Assembly (NCBI RefSeq): GCF_002327085.1
Contig: NZ_CP023429.1
Span: 2,004,383 to 2,036,382, forward strand
From: Neisseria weixii
GTDB taxonomy: Bacteria; Pseudomonadota; Gammaproteobacteria; Burkholderiales; Neisseriaceae
Length of the DNA stretch: 32,000 bases
Direction of reading: 5' to 3'
Part shown: in pieces, positions 21,364 through 31,286 of the stretch
Position numbering within the stretch: position 1 is the stretch's first letter
Layout of the letters: every line of letters starts with the position of its first letter
The notes under the pieces: generated by a model
Seen by the model: only the letters and a program-made list of their open reading frames with translations
Told to the model about the DNA's origin: nothing
Database searches by the model: none
Program-made: the position numbers and the translations under genes

Positions 21364-22746
21364 AAAGAAATATTTATGCTATATGAATTTAATAAACATA
21401 TTCTTGATGATAGAAGAATGAATAATTTATTTCATGGTCAAGAATCAATTTGTTTACAAGCTTGGGCTTAGAGTTACAAGAAAAATCTCAAGTAGATTAC
21501 CGCTTGCTATATGGTAGAGTGCTCCCATATGATTTTCAAAATAATCAGTGGATATCAGATTTATCTAAACATAATAAAATGGTTTCTATTAACGGGGAAT
21601 TAAAAGCTAGAATTATTTCTTTTCAGCTTACTACATCCGCAGAAAATTTAAATACATTCATTACCAGCTTGCTTCAAGGAAACTCATTTTTAGAAGCCTC
21701 CGAAAAAATCTTGGTGGATATAGCTGAAAAACAGCAAGAAATTTTTGATTCATTAAAGCTTTCACCTCCGTATTGCATTAGACCGGTCATGCATTTACCT
21801 CCAAGAGATAATTACGTCTGGAATACCTCTAAAGTTAGCCCAAACTCTGATGCTAGCTATGATAGTGCAGCAATTAGTTTATTAGAAAAAACAAATTTTT
21901 GGAACATATTAGGTATATCAAGAAGCAAGAAAATTCTAGAATTGATTAATGAAAAGTTAAAAGGTGAAAATCTAGATATAGGTGGTATTGATGCTTGGAG
22001 ACTTGGAGATTTAGAGTTTCTTTTTGCCCTAGTCTTAATAGTCAAGAAAAACCAAAATTCCATTTAGATTTAAAGAAAAAAATACATTAGAAATTTTTGA
22101 AGAAATATCTGAACACTCTTTAGTTGCTATATTAAAACTTTTTAATGGCGATAGTTTACTTTTTACATCAATACAAGAGTTTAAAATAACTAACTATCCA
22201 TTTAATTTAGACTTTCACATAAATGAATCTTGCAATGAGATATTTGACTCTTACACATTTGAATTATTTGAAAAAAGTGATTCCAATATTACGATATTAG
22301 CCCAAGAAGGGCATCCACTAGTACGTTCAATACAAGTTCAGAGCAATGTTATATCAAATATCTCAAATACCGAAAATGATCCTTGGTTACAAAAAGGTTT
22401 ACCAAATTCATCTCTAAATAAAGCTAAAAGCTTCACATCCATAGAAAGGTTAACTAATCATTGTTCTGAATTTTCAGTTGGTAACGATAAGAAAGATCCA
22501 TGGTTCGATTCTGATATTGAAATTACCCGCTATCTAAAAACAGTGTTACCACAATCAACTGACGCACACTTTTTCCCTAAATTGGTACTTAATGGCGAAA
22601 GTCGGCTTGACTTAGTTGCATGGTTGAAAAAAATAATAAATAAACATCCTAATGCCCAAATTGCTTGGTTTGATCCTTTTATGGAAAATGTAGGGATAAA
22701 CTTATTAAATCGACTAGGGTTTAACTCAGGAGATTATATTATTTTT

Positions 22747-23453
22747 GGGGCTGTACTAGATAACTAGAATAAATTCTGCTTTACTAATTGTTTTAAAATA
22801 GAAATCTGAACTTTTATTTCACTGTGGTTAAACCGCCATTCACATTCCTTCAAATACAGCTCAAAATGCTCTTTGGGAATGCCGTTAAACTTACGTAAGC
22901 GGCGTTTTGCCTGATTCCAAAAGTTCTCAATCCCGTTGATGTGATTTTGCCGATCAGCAAAGTGAGTGCTGTGATTGATGCGAAAGTGGCTAAACTCACT
23001 CACATCAAGTACGTCATAGCTTTTGTAACAATCAGTGTAAACAATACTGTCAGGCTTTACTTGCTCACGTATTACCGGCAATAAAGTATTGGGCACGGCA
23101 ACGGTGCAAACCTTGCCGTTGCGCTTCAGAAGCCCGAATACAGCGACTTTGCCGGCTGCACCGCAACCGCGTTTGCCTTTGCGCTGTCCGCCAAAACAGC
23201 TTTCATCAACTTCTACTCCGCCATCAAACATTTCCGGATGCGGGCTGTTATGGAAAATCAGTACGCGCAACGATGAAAGCAATAGGTTGCCGTGTTTTTA
23301 TTAACACCGGCTAATTGAGCTGCAGTACGGGCAGTAACACCCGCAATAAACAGTTCAATCAGTTTGTTTTGCTTGTACTGGCTTAAACGGCTTCTTCTCA
23401 TAGGGGTTATTCCAACCTGAAATTAGATTTCCCTGGTTATCTAGTACAGCCCC
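22747..23453 (-). mobile_element. IS1016-type (IS1595 family) insertion sequence, 707 bp
   Basis: Perfect 18-bp terminal inverted repeats GGGGCTGTACTAGATAAC (22747-22764 and 23436-23453). Flanked by a perfect 8-bp direct repeat TTATTTTT (22739-22746 and 23454-23461). Confidence 0.9.
22764..23401 (-). CDS. IS1016-type transposase. Single-base frameshift as assembled.
   Basis: N-terminus MRRSRLSQYKQNKLIELFIAGVTARTAAQLAGVNKNTATYCFHR from ATG 23401. It joins ORF 22764-23282 (LRVLIFHNSPHPEMFDGGVEVDESCFGGQRKGKRG...) if one T is added in CGTTGCGC. Confidence 0.85.
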
Positions 23454-25402
23454 TTATTTTTACATCAGAGGCAGGTGAAGAAAATAATAGAATTCAGAAT
23501 TTAATTAAACAATGTGAGAATTGGTCTGAAACAATAGGATGTGTAAAATTAAAAGTCATTGGGCTTGATAAGCTACACGATAGAATGATATTAATTCGTG
23601 CAAAAAATGGCAAGCCATTAGCGGGGTACCATTTATCTAATTCTATCCAAAGGGCTAATGAAAATAACCCATTGTTAGTTACTGAAATCTCTCTAAATGT
23701 ACTATATCCTGTATTCTCTTATGTAGATGAATTAATTCAATCTCAAAATGTAAGTAATAAACCTGCTATTTTTGATTCTACAAAATATCAATCTAAAAAT
23801 CAACAAGAAAAACAATCATTTGATTCTGAATCACCTTATCAATTTCCTAAATTAGGTTGGGTATTAGCAAAATGGTGGAGAAAACCAGAATTAGAGCATT
23901 TGTCTGGAAATGAGTTAAAAGCTAATTTACATTCTATAGAGTTAGATTTTGAAAGTCACCAAGAAAATATTCAGATATTCCATTAGCTTTTTTTGGCGAT
24001 TTATTCTCATCAGAGAATTTTGTAGAAGAATGGGATGCATTTGGCTGTTTGCTTGCCCATATTCCTGCTGAGAAATGTGTTTACGAAATAGGAAATCTTA
24101 ATATATCAACCACATTAGTTGATAATTTATTATCTTATCTGGATCCTACAAGGAAAAATTCCCTATCACTTAGATGCAAAACTATCGTGTTAGATCTAGA
24201 TAGCTATTTGGCGATGAGCTTTGATAAATTAATATTTAATGAATACCCAGAAATCATTTTTCAATATGATATAAATGAAATTTCTTATAGTGATTATTAT
24301 GCAATTAAATTTTTATGGAATTTAGCTCCTGAAGCTATTATCAATTGGCTAGATGAACAATTATCATCCTTTGACAAAAAGAATAGCCAACAAAGAGCAT
24401 TGATTACTGATGCTTTACGATATATTTGTGGTGATTTCGAATGTCTAAATAAATGGATTATGCTTTTTAGAAGCAATCATCATTTGCTTCAATGGATAGG
24501 TATATATAAAATAATTTCTTTATTTTTTGAGAGTAAAATAGATGAATATAAAATTTGTCAAATTATTGATAGACATCCCACGCTGGATAAAACCAAAATA
24601 TTTTTATGGGTTATCAAAAAATCTGTTTTCAGAAACAATGAATTTAAACCTATATTTTTGTCAAAAGCTATAGAATTTAGCGAACCTATGGATAATGACC
24701 GTCTTGGAGAGCTTTTAAATATTTTACGAGGAAGACTAGGCAAGCTATATCATATATATTTCTGGATTCTAGAATATGTGCTAGAAAATATGGTAAGTCA
24801 AAGACTTATTTCTTATAATCAAATAATGAATTACTGGCTTGAAGACTTAGAGATAGACTGGTTCAAAGCTATTAAAAACAATCACGAGCATATTCATTTC
24901 AGATTTGCACTTGAAGGAAAGTTTTCTGATGAACTTGTCTATCTATTTTCTAAATTATCTGATTTCTAAATTATCTGAAGATGAACAAATTTTAGTATTA
25001 TCTAGATTTGATAAGATAATCAACTCAGAGATAAGAATTATCAGAAAACCTTTAGCAAGAACATTAAATTACTCTTTATATACCAATGCATTTAAAGTAA
25101 ATATTTGGATATTGGCAATATTTAATAGGTTATCTAGACTGAAATTATCAAAAGAAAATATTAAGGAAATAGAAGATAAAAAGGAATTATTATCAGACAT
25201 TTATCAGAGGTATTCATTAAATGAAGATAGTGATAGAGAGCTATTGAGTTACTATGCAGAATAGTAAATTTTATTATTCTAAGCGCTATCTAAAAATCAA
25301 ATTTAGATGGCATTCTTTTACCTAAAATCGGTAAAAAATCTGTAAATTTTGACTAATATTTTGCCACTTTTCGCTTCTTCTTTGCTTCATCAAGCTAAAT
25401 AA

Positions 25403-25436
25403 AAACAGCCTGAGAACATCATCTCTCAGGCTGTTT
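25403..25436 (+). terminator. Stem-loop downstream of the large AT-rich gene
   Basis: 13-bp perfect stem AAACAGCCTGAGA / TCTCAGGCTGTTT with an 8-nt loop, followed by a T-rich stretch. Confidence 0.5.
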
Positions 25437-25683
25437 ACTATTTAATGATTTCGTTTTTTAATAATACTTAGCAAATCACTTTTCGGCACAAACAACATTG
25501 GCTATTTGTCCCACCCTTTAGATTGTATTGCACGCTTAACATCTAATCCAAATCATGCAATAAAGCGTACCCTATTCCGATAATAATGGTATTACCTTCA
25601 ACTAAAGCGAAATCAGTGACGACTGGGTACTCAGCATTCCTATGGCAATTTTTTTGGGGTTAAAGCCGCCACCACCTTTCGCT

Positions 25684-27012
25684 CTACAACTCTACCGGCA
25701 CCCCACGCAGCGAGAAGGTATAAGCATCGGTGATTTCCAAATCAACCATTTGGTTAATCATCTCCGGCGTGCCGTTGAAAATTACCACGCGGTTGTTGGC
25801 GGTACGCGCTTGCAACTGGTCTGGGTCTTTCTTGGAAATGCCTTCTACCAAGCAGCGTTGTGCCGAGCCGATCATGCTTTGGTTGATGCGTTTGGTTTCC
25901 GCTTCGATGACTTCATTCAAGGCTTCCAAACGGCGCACTTTTTCGGTGTTCGGCGTATCATCCGGCAGGTTGGCGGCAGGTGTGCCCGGGCGCGGGCTGT
26001 AAATGAACACATAGCTCAAATCGAAGGCAATATCTTTCACCAGCTTCAAGGTTTGCTCGAATTCGCGTTCGGTTTCACCTGGGAAGCCGACGATAAAGTC
26101 GCTGCTCAAACACAAATCAGGGCGGATGGCGCGGAGTTTGCGGATGATAGATTTGTATTCTAAGGCGGTGTAGCCGCGTTTCATGGCGCTCAATACACGG
26201 TCGGAGCCGCTTTGAATCGGCAGGTGCAAATGCGACACCAGCTTCGGCAAATCGCGGTAACACTCGATAATCGAATCGGAAAACTCGCGCGGGTGGCTGG
26301 TGGTGAAACGCATGCGCTCGATGCCGGGGATTTCATGCACGATGCGCAACAAGGTGGCAAAGTCGCAGATTTCGCCATCGTCCATCTCGCCGCGGTAGGC
26401 GTTCACATTTTGGCCTAACAGGTTGATTTCTTTCACACCTTGTTGCGCCAAACCGGCAATTTCGGTCAACACGTCATTCAACGGGCGTGAAAATTCTTCG
26501 CCGCGGGTATAAGGCACCACGCAGAAGCTGCAATATTTCGAGCAGCCTTCCATGATGGAAATAAACGCGCTGCCGCCTTCCACACGCGCCAGCGGCAGGT
26601 GGTCAAATTTTTCGATTTCCGGGAAGGAAATGTCCACTTGCGAATGACCGGTGGTTTCTTTATCCACAATCATTTTCGGCAGACGGTGCAGCGTTTGCGG
26701 ACCAAACACCACGTCCACATAAGGCGCGCGCTTGATAATTTCCTCACCCTCTTGCGAAGCCACGCAGCCGGCCACACCGATAATCAGGTCGGGATTTTTT
26801 TCTTTGAGCGGACGAACGCGTCCCAAATCAGAGAAAACTTTTTCCTGCGCTTTTTCGCGTACGGAGCAAGTGTTGAACAAAATAATATCGGCTTGATCGG
26901 CTTGCGACACCTGCTCGATACCGCCGTGTTCTTCCGCCAAAACGGCCAGCATTTTTTCGCTGTCGTATTCGTTCATTTGACAACCGAACGTGCGGATAAA
27001 GACTTTTTTCAT
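25684..27012 (-). CDS. miaB: tRNA-2-methylthio-N6-dimethylallyladenosine synthase
   Basis: 442-aa intact [23 protein letters not shown]-terminus, radical-SAM CSKYCSFC motif and a TRAM-type C-terminus. Confidence 0.9.
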   Translation of the reverse strand: MKKVFIRTFGCQMNEYDSEKMLAVLAEEHGGIEQVSQADQADIILFNTCSVREKAQEKVFSDLGRVRPLKEKNPDLIIGVAGCVASQEGEEIIKRAPYVDVVFGPQTLHRLPKMIVDKETTGHSQVDISFPEIEKFDHLPLARVEGGSAFISIMEGCSKYCSFCVVPYTRGEEFSRPLNDVLTEIAGLAQQGVKEINLLGQNVNAYRGEMDDGEICDFATLLRIVHEIPGIERMRFTTSHPREFSDSIIECYRDLPKLVSHLHLPIQSGSDRVLSAMKRGYTALEYKSIIRKLRAIRPDLCLSSDFIVGFPGETEREFEQTLKLVKDIAFDLSYVFIYSPRPGTPAANLPDDTPNTEKVRRLEALNEVIEAETKRINQSMIGSAQRCLVEGISKKDPDQLQARTANNRVVIFNGTPEMINQMVDLEITDAYTFSLRGVPVEL

Positions 27013-27063
27013 GGATTGTGCTTTCTCAGGTAGCCCGTAATCGCGGGGCTGATTTATAAAACT

Positions 27064-27100
27064 TTCAGACGGCCTTTGAAGATTGCAAAGGCCGTCTGAA
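27064..27100. terminator. Inverted DUS pair hairpin between the 127-aa gene and miaB
   Basis: TTCAGACGGCCTTTG / CAAAGGCCGTCTGAA. Confidence 0.5.
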
Positions 27101-27203
27101 AGTGCGGTTCTCTCAATTTGATATATTTAATTCAACACGGTTGGGCTGTTGATATAAAAGCCACCGTGATTAAAATTTAATGGGTTTTCAGACGGCCTGA
27201 AAC

Positions 27204-27587
27204 TTACTGCGCCTGATTCTGTACGCGCTCGGCAAAGTTTTGCACTTCGCCTTCGGTCAGCACCCAAATTTCACGAATCACGCCCGCGCCGTCTTGTTTG
27301 ACGGCCAATGGTTTGCCGACTTGCGCGTTCAGACGGCCTAATATGATAAAGCGGTCGTTTTCATCGCGGATGCGCACGAATCGGGATAATTGGAAGCGGC
27401 CGGCATTGCCGTCGACCAAGCCTAGGGTGAGCAGTTTTGTCCACGAAAAGCCGCCGCTGCTCAATTTCACATACGGCAATTCAACTTGTTTCAACACCGC
27501 CACATTCATATCCATAGGCACCTCGCGCTGCGCCCAAGTCAGCGACGAACAAAGCAAAAGGCAGGCTGCCAGTAATCCGCGTAACAT
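27204..27587 (-). CDS. Hypothetical exported protein (127 aa)
   Basis: N-terminal signal peptide MLRGLLAACLLLCSSLTWA. Intact ORF with core-like GC content. Confidence 0.6.
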   Translation of the reverse strand: MLRGLLAACLLLCSSLTWAQREVPMDMNVAVLKQVELPYVKLSSGGFSWTKLLTLGLVDGNAGRFQLSRFVRIRDENDRFIILGRLNAQVGKPLAVKQDGAGVIREIWVLTEGEVQNFAERVQNQAQ

Positions 27588-27828
27588 GATTTTTTTCTAA
27601 GTATTGGTTAAGGTGCGAGATTATAGCACAACCCAATAAAAAATGAATAGAGTGATTGTTTTTAAAGAACAATTTTCATATTTATCTGCACAGATTCGCA
27701 AACGCCACGCATTTGGCTGCTTCAGCCATGCCGTCTGAAACCGCTTATCCGCAAATCAATGTTAAAATAACGCTTTATTTTTCAGACGGCCTCCCCCTTT
27801 CAGACGGCCTTTCAACAAGGACAACAGC

Positions 27829-29112
27829 ATGAACCGTAACGAAATCTTGTTCAACCGCGCCAAAGCCATCATTCCCGGCGGTGTGAATTCACCGGTACGC
27901 GCATTCGGCAGCGTCGGCGGCGTGCCGTGCTTCATCAAAAAAGCCCAAGGCGCGTATGTTTGGGATGAAAACGACACACGCTACATCGATTACGTCGGCT
28001 CGTGGGGGCCTGCGATTGTCGGCCACGCCCACCCGGAAGTGCTGGAAGCCGTGCGTGAAGCGGCTGCGGGCGGTTTGTCGTTCGGTGCGCCGACCGAAGG
28101 CGAAATCATCATCGCCGAAGAAATCGCCAAGCTGGTGCCGAGCGTCGAGCAAGTGCGTTTGGTCAGCTCCGGCACCGAAGCCACCATGACCGCCATCCGC
28201 TTGGCACGCGGCTACACCGGCCGCGACAAAATCATCAAATTCGAAGGCTGCTACCACGGTCATTCCGACAGCCTGCTGGTCAAAGCCGGCAGCGGTCTGC
28301 TCACTTTCGGCAATCCGAGTTCCGCAGGTGTGCCGGCCGATTTCACCAAACACACTTTGGTGCTGGAATACAACAACGTCGCCCAACTCGAAGAGGCCTT
28401 CGCCCAATCCGGCAACGACATCGCCTGCGTGATTTTGGAGCCTTTTGTCGGCAACATGAATTTGGTGCGGCCGTCTGAAAGCTTCGTCAATACCCTGCGC
28501 ACGCTCACCGAGCAACACGGCGCGGTGTTGGTTTACGACGAAGTGATGACCGGTTTTCGTGTGGCCTTGGGCGGCGCGCAATCGCTGCACGGCATCAAGC
28601 CCGATTTGACCACCATGGGTAAAGTGATCGGCGGCGGTATGCCGTTGGCGGCGTTCGGCGGCAAACGCGAAATCATGGAATGCATTTCCCCGCTCGGCGG
28701 CGTGTATCAGGCCGGTACCCTTTCCGGCAACCCGCTGGCCGTGGCCGCCGGTCTGAAAACGCTGGAAATCATCCAACGCGACGGCTTCTATGAAAACCTG
28801 ACTGCCCGCACCGGACAACTGGTGCAAGGTTTCACCGCCGCCGCGCAGGAAAACGGCGTGCAGTTCACCGCCGACAGCGTAGGCGGCATGTTCGGCCTGT
28901 ATTTTGCCGATCACACTCCGCAAAACTACGGCGACATGGCGCGCAGCAACATCGACGCCTTCAAACATTTCTTCCACGGCATGCTGGAACGCAACGTGGC
29001 TTTCGGCCCATCCGCCTACGAAGCCGGTTTCGTATCCGCCGCACACACACCGGAACTGATTGACGAGACCATCGTCATCTCGCGTGAAGTGTTTCAAAAT
29101 ATGGCGAAATAA
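27829..29112 (+). CDS. hemL: Glutamate-1-semialdehyde 2,1-aminomutase
   Basis: 427-aa intact ORF. N-terminus [18 protein letters not shown] and the PLP-lysine region MGKVIGGG are typical HemL. Confidence 0.92.
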   Translation: MNRNEILFNRAKAIIPGGVNSPVRAFGSVGGVPCFIKKAQGAYVWDENDTRYIDYVGSWGPAIVGHAHPEVLEAVREAAAGGLSFGAPTEGEIIIAEEIAKLVPSVEQVRLVSSGTEATMTAIRLARGYTGRDKIIKFEGCYHGHSDSLLVKAGSGLLTFGNPSSAGVPADFTKHTLVLEYNNVAQLEEAFAQSGNDIACVILEPFVGNMNLVRPSESFVNTLRTLTEQHGAVLVYDEVMTGFRVALGGAQSLHGIKPDLTTMGKVIGGGMPLAAFGGKREIMECISPLGGVYQAGTLSGNPLAVAAGLKTLEIIQRDGFYENLTARTGQLVQGFTAAAQENGVQFTADSVGGMFGLYFADHTPQNYGDMARSNIDAFKHFFHGMLERNVAFGPSAYEAGFVSAAHTPELIDETIVISREVFQNMAK

Positions 29113-29140
29113 GCTCTAATTTAGATTGAGTGAAAAGATA

Positions 29141-29170
29141 AAGGCCGTCTGAAATTTCAGACGGCCTTTT
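29141..29170 (+). terminator. Inverted DUS pair hairpin after hemL
   Basis: AAAGGCCGTCTGAAA TTTCAGACGGCCTTT followed by a T-rich tail. Confidence 0.65.
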
Positions 29171-29200
29171 ATGATATAACAGTGAGTTTGCTGTTTTCAC

Positions 29201-30078
29201 CTATCCCAATGCCTGCTCCATCTTCTCTTTTTTCCCCACCGCATTCAACACGGCCACCGCGATAATCAAAAACACGCCCACCGATTGCAACACGCCCAAT
29301 TGTTCGCCCAGCAGGAACACCGCCAACATCACCGCAGTAAACGGTTCAAACACGGTAAACACAGCGGCTTTGGCAGCAGGCATTTTTTCCAAACCTTTGA
29401 CAAACAAGCCGAAGGCGATAATCGTGCCGACCAAAGACAAGGCAGCCGCGGTCAGCCATACCGAAACATCCAGTGCAGCCAATTGCGCCAAAGTTTGATG
29501 CGTAGCAGGCAGGAAATGCTGACTGATGTAAACAGCAACATCATCGGAGGCGCGCCCGTCATGACTTTTTTGCCCAACACGCCATAAAGCGCGTAGCAAA
29601 TACCCGACCCCAGCCCAATCATAATCCCGAGCGCATCAAAATTCATGCCGCCGGCCATGGTCAAGCCTACACCCAATGCAGCCACCGCCGTGAGCATGGC
29701 CGCTTTGCGCGTAATCGGTTCACCCAACAGCATACGGCCGAAAATCAAACTCCACACCGGCGCGGTATACAGCAACGCCACCGCCAGCGACGAGCCGACT
29801 TTGGCCACTGCCGCAAAATACAGCAAGCTCATACCCAACATACCAATCAGCGATTGCGCCGTCAGTATCGGTAATCGCTTGATGTCCAATCCACACAAAA
29901 AGCGCATGAAATAAGGCAGCAACAGCAGCAAAACCGCCGCCGCAATCACAATGCGCAAAGTTGCCACCTGCACACCGTCAAAACCGGCGAAGTTGAGCAA
30001 GGTGCCCAAAAAACCGAGCGAACCCCAACACACCGTCGCCACGGTAATCTGAATCATGCCTACAGTCTGCTTCTCCAT
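29201..30078 (-). CDS. EamA/DMT-family transporter. Single-base frameshift as assembled.
   Basis: ATG 30078 (MEKQTVGMIQITVATVCWGS...) is preceded by AGAGGA. ORFs 29452-30126 and 29201-29599 overlap. One extra A in AAA 29514-29516 gives ..TSVSIFLPATHQTLAQLAALDVSVW.. Confidence 0.75.
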
Positions 30079-30096
30079 TTTTTCCTCTGTTATTCT

Positions 30097-31239
30097 GAGA
30101 CCTTTGCGAAATACCGGCCGTCCCATCCAAACGGTTACCTGAACAATCAGGTAACCGTTTTTTCATTTTCAGACGTGTTTCCCGTCCGTATTTCCCCCAA
30201 TCAGCCCCTTTATCGGGTGCACATTGCCCTTTTCAGGCAGCAGCAGGCACACGAAGCCTGCCGGCTGCCTTTGGCAGGTTCAGGCACACCGCTTTCAAAT
30301 GGCTTTGCGCCGGTACTTTCCGTAAACCGAAATAACGCGCTCTTTTACAGCCGGATTTCCGGTGCGGCGTACCGAAGGTTTGCCCGGCCGCACAGCGCAC
30401 TTCCGACAGCTGCGTATTGCGCTGTTTCTCCTGCTCCGTTAAAGGTTTGCCCCGCTGTGCCTTACGCATCATGCCGCCGGACAGCCGTTTGCTTTGCAGA
30501 TGCTCCCGGTTGGCTTTACTGTCATACCCCTTATCGGCATAGACGGTTGTTCCGGGTGCGGTGCCTTCCGGCAGCGGTTCGAAATGGTTGCACTCACGGG
30601 CGTCGGCCGGGGTGAATCTGCCCTCTTTCTTCACCCGGCGCGCATCCTTGTCTTTGCCGGGCAGGGTTTCGGCAGTGATGCCGTTTTCATCGGTTTCGAC
30701 AGCCTGACGCTGTTTGCCGCCGGCAGTTTGGATGATGGCGGCGTCAATCACTGCTGCCGGGGCTTTCTCTGTTTTTAAGCCTTTTTCGGTCAGCCGGCGG
30801 TTAATCAGTTCGGGAAGCCGGGCTAAGGCGTCATCCTGTGCCGGCCGGTTGCGGAAACGGCAGGGGGTGCTGTGGTCGGGTAAGGCGGGTTTATCAAAGC
30901 CGCAGAAGAAGCAGAAATCCGGACGGGTAGCCAGACAGCGTTCCGATTCCGGATCGGAAAGGCTGTGCCATTGGCCGGGCAATACGGCTTTGAGCACGGG
31001 CGGCAGCGGATAGGCGGGGCGGCCGCGGTGGCCGCGGATGTAACGGGTCTTTTGCCGGTTGGGCAGTTGTCCGACGGGCTGCCAATCGGGCAGCCGGTTA
31101 ATTTTGAGCAACGGGCAGCTGTCGGTATGTTTACCCGTCATGATTCGGGCTTGTTGGTGGAAGAAGCTGCTCATAAAAAAAACTCCTCTGAATTCTTTAG
31201 GGGAATTTAGGGGAGTTTTGGGTTTTTTGCAAAGGTCTC
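30097..31239 (-). mobile_element. IS1106-like IS5-family insertion sequence, decayed (1,143 bp)
   Basis: Termini GAGACCTTTGCGAAA (30097-) and TTTTGCAAAGGTCTC (-31239) are inverted repeats enclosing the transposase ORF. Confidence 0.8.
30233..31174 (-). CDS. IS5-family (IS1106-like) transposase, open but degenerate and probably inactive
   Basis: 313-aa ORF collinear with IS1106 transposase as I recall it (HRGRPAYP, QWHSLSDPE, TVYADKGYDSK, AQSHLKA.CLNL). It has an internal deletion after KKEGRF. AAGQTFG stands where VVEQSFG carries the catalytic Glu. Confidence 0.7.
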   Translation of the reverse strand: MSSFFHQQARIMTGKHTDSCPLLKINRLPDWQPVGQLPNRQKTRYIRGHRGRPAYPLPPVLKAVLPGQWHSLSDPESERCLATRPDFCFFCGFDKPALPDHSTPCRFRNRPAQDDALARLPELINRRLTEKGLKTEKAPAAVIDAAIIQTAGGKQRQAVETDENGITAETLPGKDKDARRVKKEGRFTPADARECNHFEPLPEGTAPGTTVYADKGYDSKANREHLQSKRLSGGMMRKAQRGKPLTEQEKQRNTQLSEVRCAAGQTFGTPHRKSGCKRARYFGLRKVPAQSHLKAVCLNLPKAAGRLRVPAAA

Positions 31240-31241
31240 AC

Positions 31242-31271
31242 GCCGTCTGAAACACGATGTTTCAGACGGCC
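31242..31271. terminator. Inverted DUS pair hairpin downstream of ppsR
   Basis: GCCGTCTGAAACACGATGTTTCAGACGGC. Confidence 0.5.
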
Positions 31272-31286
31272 TTTGTGATGCATATA

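Larger units (their letters stand above)
21376..25264 (+). pseudogene. Very large hypothetical gene (about 1,050 codons when repaired) with a PLD-like H-x-R motif. Disrupted by IS1016, a 16-bp duplication and homopolymer frameshifts.
   Basis: The reading frame can be followed continuously: ATG 21376; T-run shift near 21449-21451; A-run shift at 22044-22057; IS with target duplication at 22747-23461; A4 shift at 23964-23967; 16-bp duplication at 24947-24978; stop at 25264. Motif region: IAWFDPFMENV...KLHDRMILIRAKNGKPLAGYHLSNSI. Confidence 0.65.

Noticed and set aside
25540-25640. Short minus-strand reading NAEYPVVTDFALVEGNTIIIGIGYALLHDLD at the island edge, considered as a gene remnant
   Set aside because: About 35 codons with no start and no recognisable family. 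It cannot be distinguished from chance.
27889-29097. 402-aa minus-strand ORF covering hemL. Similar antisense ORFs lie over prpB (7604-8182), prpC (6159-6617), miaB (25642-26163) and the permease.
   Set aside because: Each is the mirror frame of a well-supported conserved gene. None has a recognisable family or an RBS.
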